DNA of 64,000 bases, taken from contig JBHGNT010000004.1 in assembly GCA_043228905.1 (NCBI GenBank), forward strand, positions 11,594,001-11,658,000, written 5' to 3'. Source of the stretch: Azolla caroliniana. Its lineage: Eukaryota; Plantae; Polypodiophyta. Position numbers and translations under genes: made by a program. Shown one piece after another: positions 59,988 to 64,000 of this stretch (its first letter is position 1; every line of letters starts with the position of its first letter). Below the pieces are notes generated by a model. It was not told the DNA's origin, searched no databases, and saw nothing but the letters and a program-made list of their open reading frames with translations.

Positions 59988-62900
59988 GGACACGTGATCT
60001 ATGAGACTAACCCACGCCTTTTACGACTATGCTTTTGGAATTGCAATGGATACCCATGGAATGCGGGATTTGGCATAGAGGAGTTCACCGATGACTCGGA
60101 TATCACACTTCTTGTTGAAACATGGGAGCATGATACTCAAAGGATTCAAGGTTTAGGAAACTATAATGTACACTCTTTGATATGGAAGAAAAATCCAAGA
60201 CAAAGAAGAGGACAAGGAGGGGTGGCATGTTTGATTAAGAAGGAAATAGAGAAATATGTGTCAATCATAAAAAATGATGAAAATAAATGCTACATATGGC
60301 TCAAAATAGAAACACCTAATGATTTGCCCACTTTTGTAGTTGGATGTTAGATTCCTCATCAAGATTCTAACTTTTATGCTTGTTTGGATAAAGATCAACT
60401 GTTTGCCAATCTAGAAGATGATATTGCTTATTTCAAATCCAAAGGGGAAGTTATTGTCTTTGGTGACATTAATGCTCGTACAAGAAGTTTCCAACTTAAT
60501 TCACAAGAATCTTTCATGCCACATATCTCAAGGATGCAAGAGGATATGAAAATGTATAACCGCTCTTCTAGCGATGAAAAAGATCCGAACCAATTTGGGA
60601 AGTTACTCCTACAAATGTGCAATAGTACTGGATTGTTTATTGCAAATGGTATTTCCTTATGGCCCAACACTAATGGTTTTACATGTAGAAAACACAGCGG
60701 AAATAGTGTGATTGATTATGTGCTACTTTCCGAAGGTATTTTGGATCGTATACATAAATTCTCACTTGGTGAATGGACACCGGAATCCGATCATAGGCCT
60801 TTATGTATTGATCTCAAATGTATGCATAGGTTTGATTGTGAGAAGGCTATTGAAGATAATAAACAACCGCACTTGAGCATGAACCTTAAGCGAGCACCCA
60901 TGTATTCCAAGATGGTTGAGGATATGTTACAAATGACAAAGATACAACATGGTGCCACACTAGAATGCAAATGGGAAGCTTTCAAGAAAGTCATTCTCTC
61001 ATGTACAAACAAATGTTTTTCGACCAACCGCACATCTTGGAAATGCACCAAGAAACTTAGGAAAAAATGGTTTGATAATGAATGTCGTGAAGCTCGACAG
61101 TGCCTTATGGTTTTGGATGTAGTTAAGGATAAAGAGAATTACCAAAAGCATTTGCATGAGTATAAAAGGCTTATTCAAAGAAAGAGAAGAATATGGGAAG
61201 TTACTCAACAATTTATCCAAACGCAAGAGAAAGCACATGCATGTGCTAAATTTTGGGGAAATCTAAAGGGAAAACGTGTTGAGAGTTATGGTGACCTAAC
61301 TCTTCACGACTTGTCTATGCATTGGAAGAATTTATATGAGTTATCTCTTGCCAGAAAGATGATGTGTTATGGTTCTCTTTCACATATGCCTTCCTTCTTT
61401 ACAATTGAAGATATATGCATAGGACTTAAGAAATTGGCCTCTCGAAAGGCAAGCGATCTTCAATGTATAAAGGCTGAAATGCTCATATGGATGGGAAAGG
61501 AAGCACATATATGGATAAGCGATATGTTTAATGATGCATTGCAACATGGTATGCCGTACGATTGGACTACAAATTGGATCAAACCTTTACATAAAGGTGG
61601 AGATATAAATAATGTAAACAACTATCGAACCATCATGGTTGGCTCATTAATGGCAAAACTATTTGGATGTATAATGGAATCAAAGATAAGTGTATGGGCT
61701 GAAAAAAGTGGTAAGAGAGATTATGGACAAGCTGGCTTTCGGAAACACCATAGCACCATTGATCACCTTATCACCCTTCGAGTATTAATGGAGGAAAGTC
61801 GCCTTAGAGGTAAAGGTTTATATTGTTGCTTTGTAGACTTCAAGAAAGCTTTTGATATGGTACCTCGTGAGCATCTTTGGAGGCGAATGGAAGAACTTGA
61901 GGTGCCAAGTGAATATATGCTTGCAATTTCCCGAATTGATGAGAAGGTTATATGTTGTGTGCGCATGAGAGATAAACTTTCAGACTTTTTCAAAAGCACT
62001 ATTGGTGTTAAGCAAGGATGCCCACTCTCACCAACACTATTTGGTCTATGCATTGATGAATTGGAGGAAATGGTTACCAAGTTTGCAAAGGAAGAATGTG
62101 TTGAAGAAGTTGCCATTGGGAATGTTGTGATTATGCTTTTGCTATATGCAGATGATGTAGTGCTTTTTGCAAATACTTTAGGAGATGCACAAAAGCTTAT
62201 GAAGGCATTGGAAAAATTTTGCATGCATACTAAATTAAGTGTCAATAGCTCTAAAACAAAGATTATGCTTGTGAAGAGCCAAAAAAGAGATAAACCATGC
62301 ATTATGTACAACAATGAGCCACTTGAATGTGTGGAAAGCTTCAAATATCTTGGCCTTGAAGTTCCTTCAAATCATAGATGGAATGAATGTGCTACACACC
62401 GCTTAGAGGCGGGTAAGCGAGCATACTATGCATTTGAGAACACATGCAATCTTGGAGATATTAAGTGTTGGGTCCTCAAGAAATATCTTTTCGACACTTT
62501 GGTGACACCGGTTCTTCTCTATGGGGTGGAAGTATGGGGCGGTAACATCCCTAAATCTATGTGGAAAGAGTTTGAAAATGTGCAAAAGCATTTTCTTACC
62601 AAGTTTCTACAAGTTAAGAAACAAACGCCCTACACCCTCCTCCTTGAGACGGGATCGCTTCCCATTGAGATCATGGCCATGGAAAGGGTTGTTGAATACA
62701 TGCTTAAGGTTCAAAAAAGTCCCTCACATCGACTTCCTAGAATTGCGTGGGAAGCAAGCAAAAAGATCCAAAAGACGCATAAAAGCAAAATTTTGTGTTC
62801 CAGTTGGATGCAAGATATAGAAAAATGGTTTGGTAGATGGGACGCGAGACACTTGCTTCATGATGCATCATTAGATTCCTCTGTAAATGAGGCATTTTTG

Positions 62901-63365
62901 CAACGCCAATGTATCATGACATGGGACAAATGTGGAGGCTCACGCTTCACACATTATACTACACATGTTGCACCTAACTACAAAACCATATTCTTTGCGG
63001 AACGGGGAAATCGTACACATCCATACATGTTAGAGCCCATACCGTTATCTGCCATTCGAACCATTGCTTCGATGTGACTCAGCTCACATGCATTGCGATG
63101 TGAAACAGGGCGTTGGGGTACAAGTGATGAGAGTGGTCGACTATGCACACTTTGCCCTAAACAAGTTCGCGAGTCTGAGTATCACACTTTGATACAATGC
63201 TCTGCCTTTGATCATATTCGACCATGCTTTCCACATCTCTTCGATCGAGCCCAATCTTTGCATGAATTCCTCTCACAACCACAATGTGCACTCTCGATTG
63301 CAACATTCATTGGTAAAGTTCTTGAACATCGAGAGTCACTACTCACTTTCACACGTATCACGTGA
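59988..63365 (+). pseudogene. LINE ORF2 (AP endonuclease, RT, C-terminal Cys/His) with two in-frame stops
   Basis: FWNCNG, LVETW, GDINART, SVIDY, SDHRP, QGCPLSP, YADD, CTLC..ESEYHTLIQC. Stops at 60348-60350 and 63075-63077. Confidence 0.93.
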
Positions 63366-63846
63366 AATGTAATATTTTTGGTCTCATAGGTCATATTTGA
63401 CCTCCGAAGACGATAATATAATCTATCTATCTATCTATCTCTGTCGGAGGATTTGCGTAGTTCTGCTCGAAGACGGTCAATTTCGGATTCCGCTAGCTGC
63501 ACGGCCCTTTTTGCTTTTGAGGCGATGGCGGTCTGAGCCTCGATTTCTTCTTTGAGAGTGTTGATAATGTGGTTCGGTGGCGGGGTTTTGTGTTGAGACG
63601 TAGTCGTGTGAGCTTCCAACTCCGCGATGCGTGCGTTGGCCTTTTGTAGTTTAGCTTCGGTCAGTTTCACCTTCTTCCAGACATTCTTATTTTTTATGGC
63701 CATCTCCTTGGCGCCCGTGCTGACCTTTGCCAGTTCCCGATGGACTTCGACTAGGGTTGTGTTTAAGGGTGGTATTTCCATCCCTACTCGCTGTACCCCG
63801 GCGTTCCTCTATCTGCCGACCCTGGCTAGCCGGTCCTCATCGTCGT

Positions 63847-64000
63847 TGTTGCGAAAATACGACGAGGATACGTGAACTTTGAGGCAGGAGCCCGGGGCCT
63901 CCCACCGGAAGATATCAGATTCGTATGATTATATTAAACAATTAATACAAAATGATAAAGATTCACAAATTTCATTAATAACGGAAAAGAAAGATTACAA
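63847..64000. mobile_element. Start of another LTR-like sequence related to 57173, running off the window
   Basis: TGTTGCGAAAATACGACGAGGATACGTGAAC...GATATCAGATTCGT...CAAATTTCATTAA matches 57173-57330 with many mismatches. Confidence 0.7.

Larger units (their letters stand above)
58826..63435 (+). mobile_element. Near full-length two-ORF LINE, RTE-X-like, with an (ATCT)n tail
   Basis: 5' (CT)n, ORF1, APE-RT-zinc-finger ORF2, tail ATCTATCTATCTATCT and a probable short TSD TCTCT. Confidence 0.92.
57935..63781 (-). pseudogene. Unknown ~409-aa ORF (coiled coil plus acidic/Pro-rich tail) split by the LINE: 63781-63436 and 58820-57935
   Basis: Removing the LINE and one TCTCT copy gives in-frame ...KSSDR-EEI-MNLQKS... 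Confidence 0.7.

Noticed and set aside
57173-64000. 57173 and 63847 as the two LTRs of one element
   Set aside because: Too diverged given the open ORF between them, and no PBS or PPT next to 63847; more likely a nested relative.

Overview
Plant nuclear DNA, probably from a non-seed land plant such as a fern or lycophyte; this is inferred from the transposon lineages and is not proven. An AT-rich island (~5.4-17.3 kb) carries one intronless subgroup-VIII (HECATE-like) bHLH gene. The rest is nested retroelements whose boundaries can mostly be read from target-site duplications (TSDs). These include Ty1/copia copies (one intact, one with a single nonsense codon, several decayed) and a Tf1/sushi/Tcn1-like gypsy remnant with a self-priming signature. 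There are also two RTE-X-like LINEs, a hAT-type MITE and a clan of tRNA-Trp-primed gypsy elements with 4-bp TSDs. That clan is the most interesting part. Its insertion sites are centred on a CpG, and its full-length member has a -1 frameshift signal after the protease. A pol-less relative carries about nine hairpin-containing repeats separated by variable spacers, and one solo LTR contains a tRNA-like segment. All coordinates and mismatch counts were read by eye.
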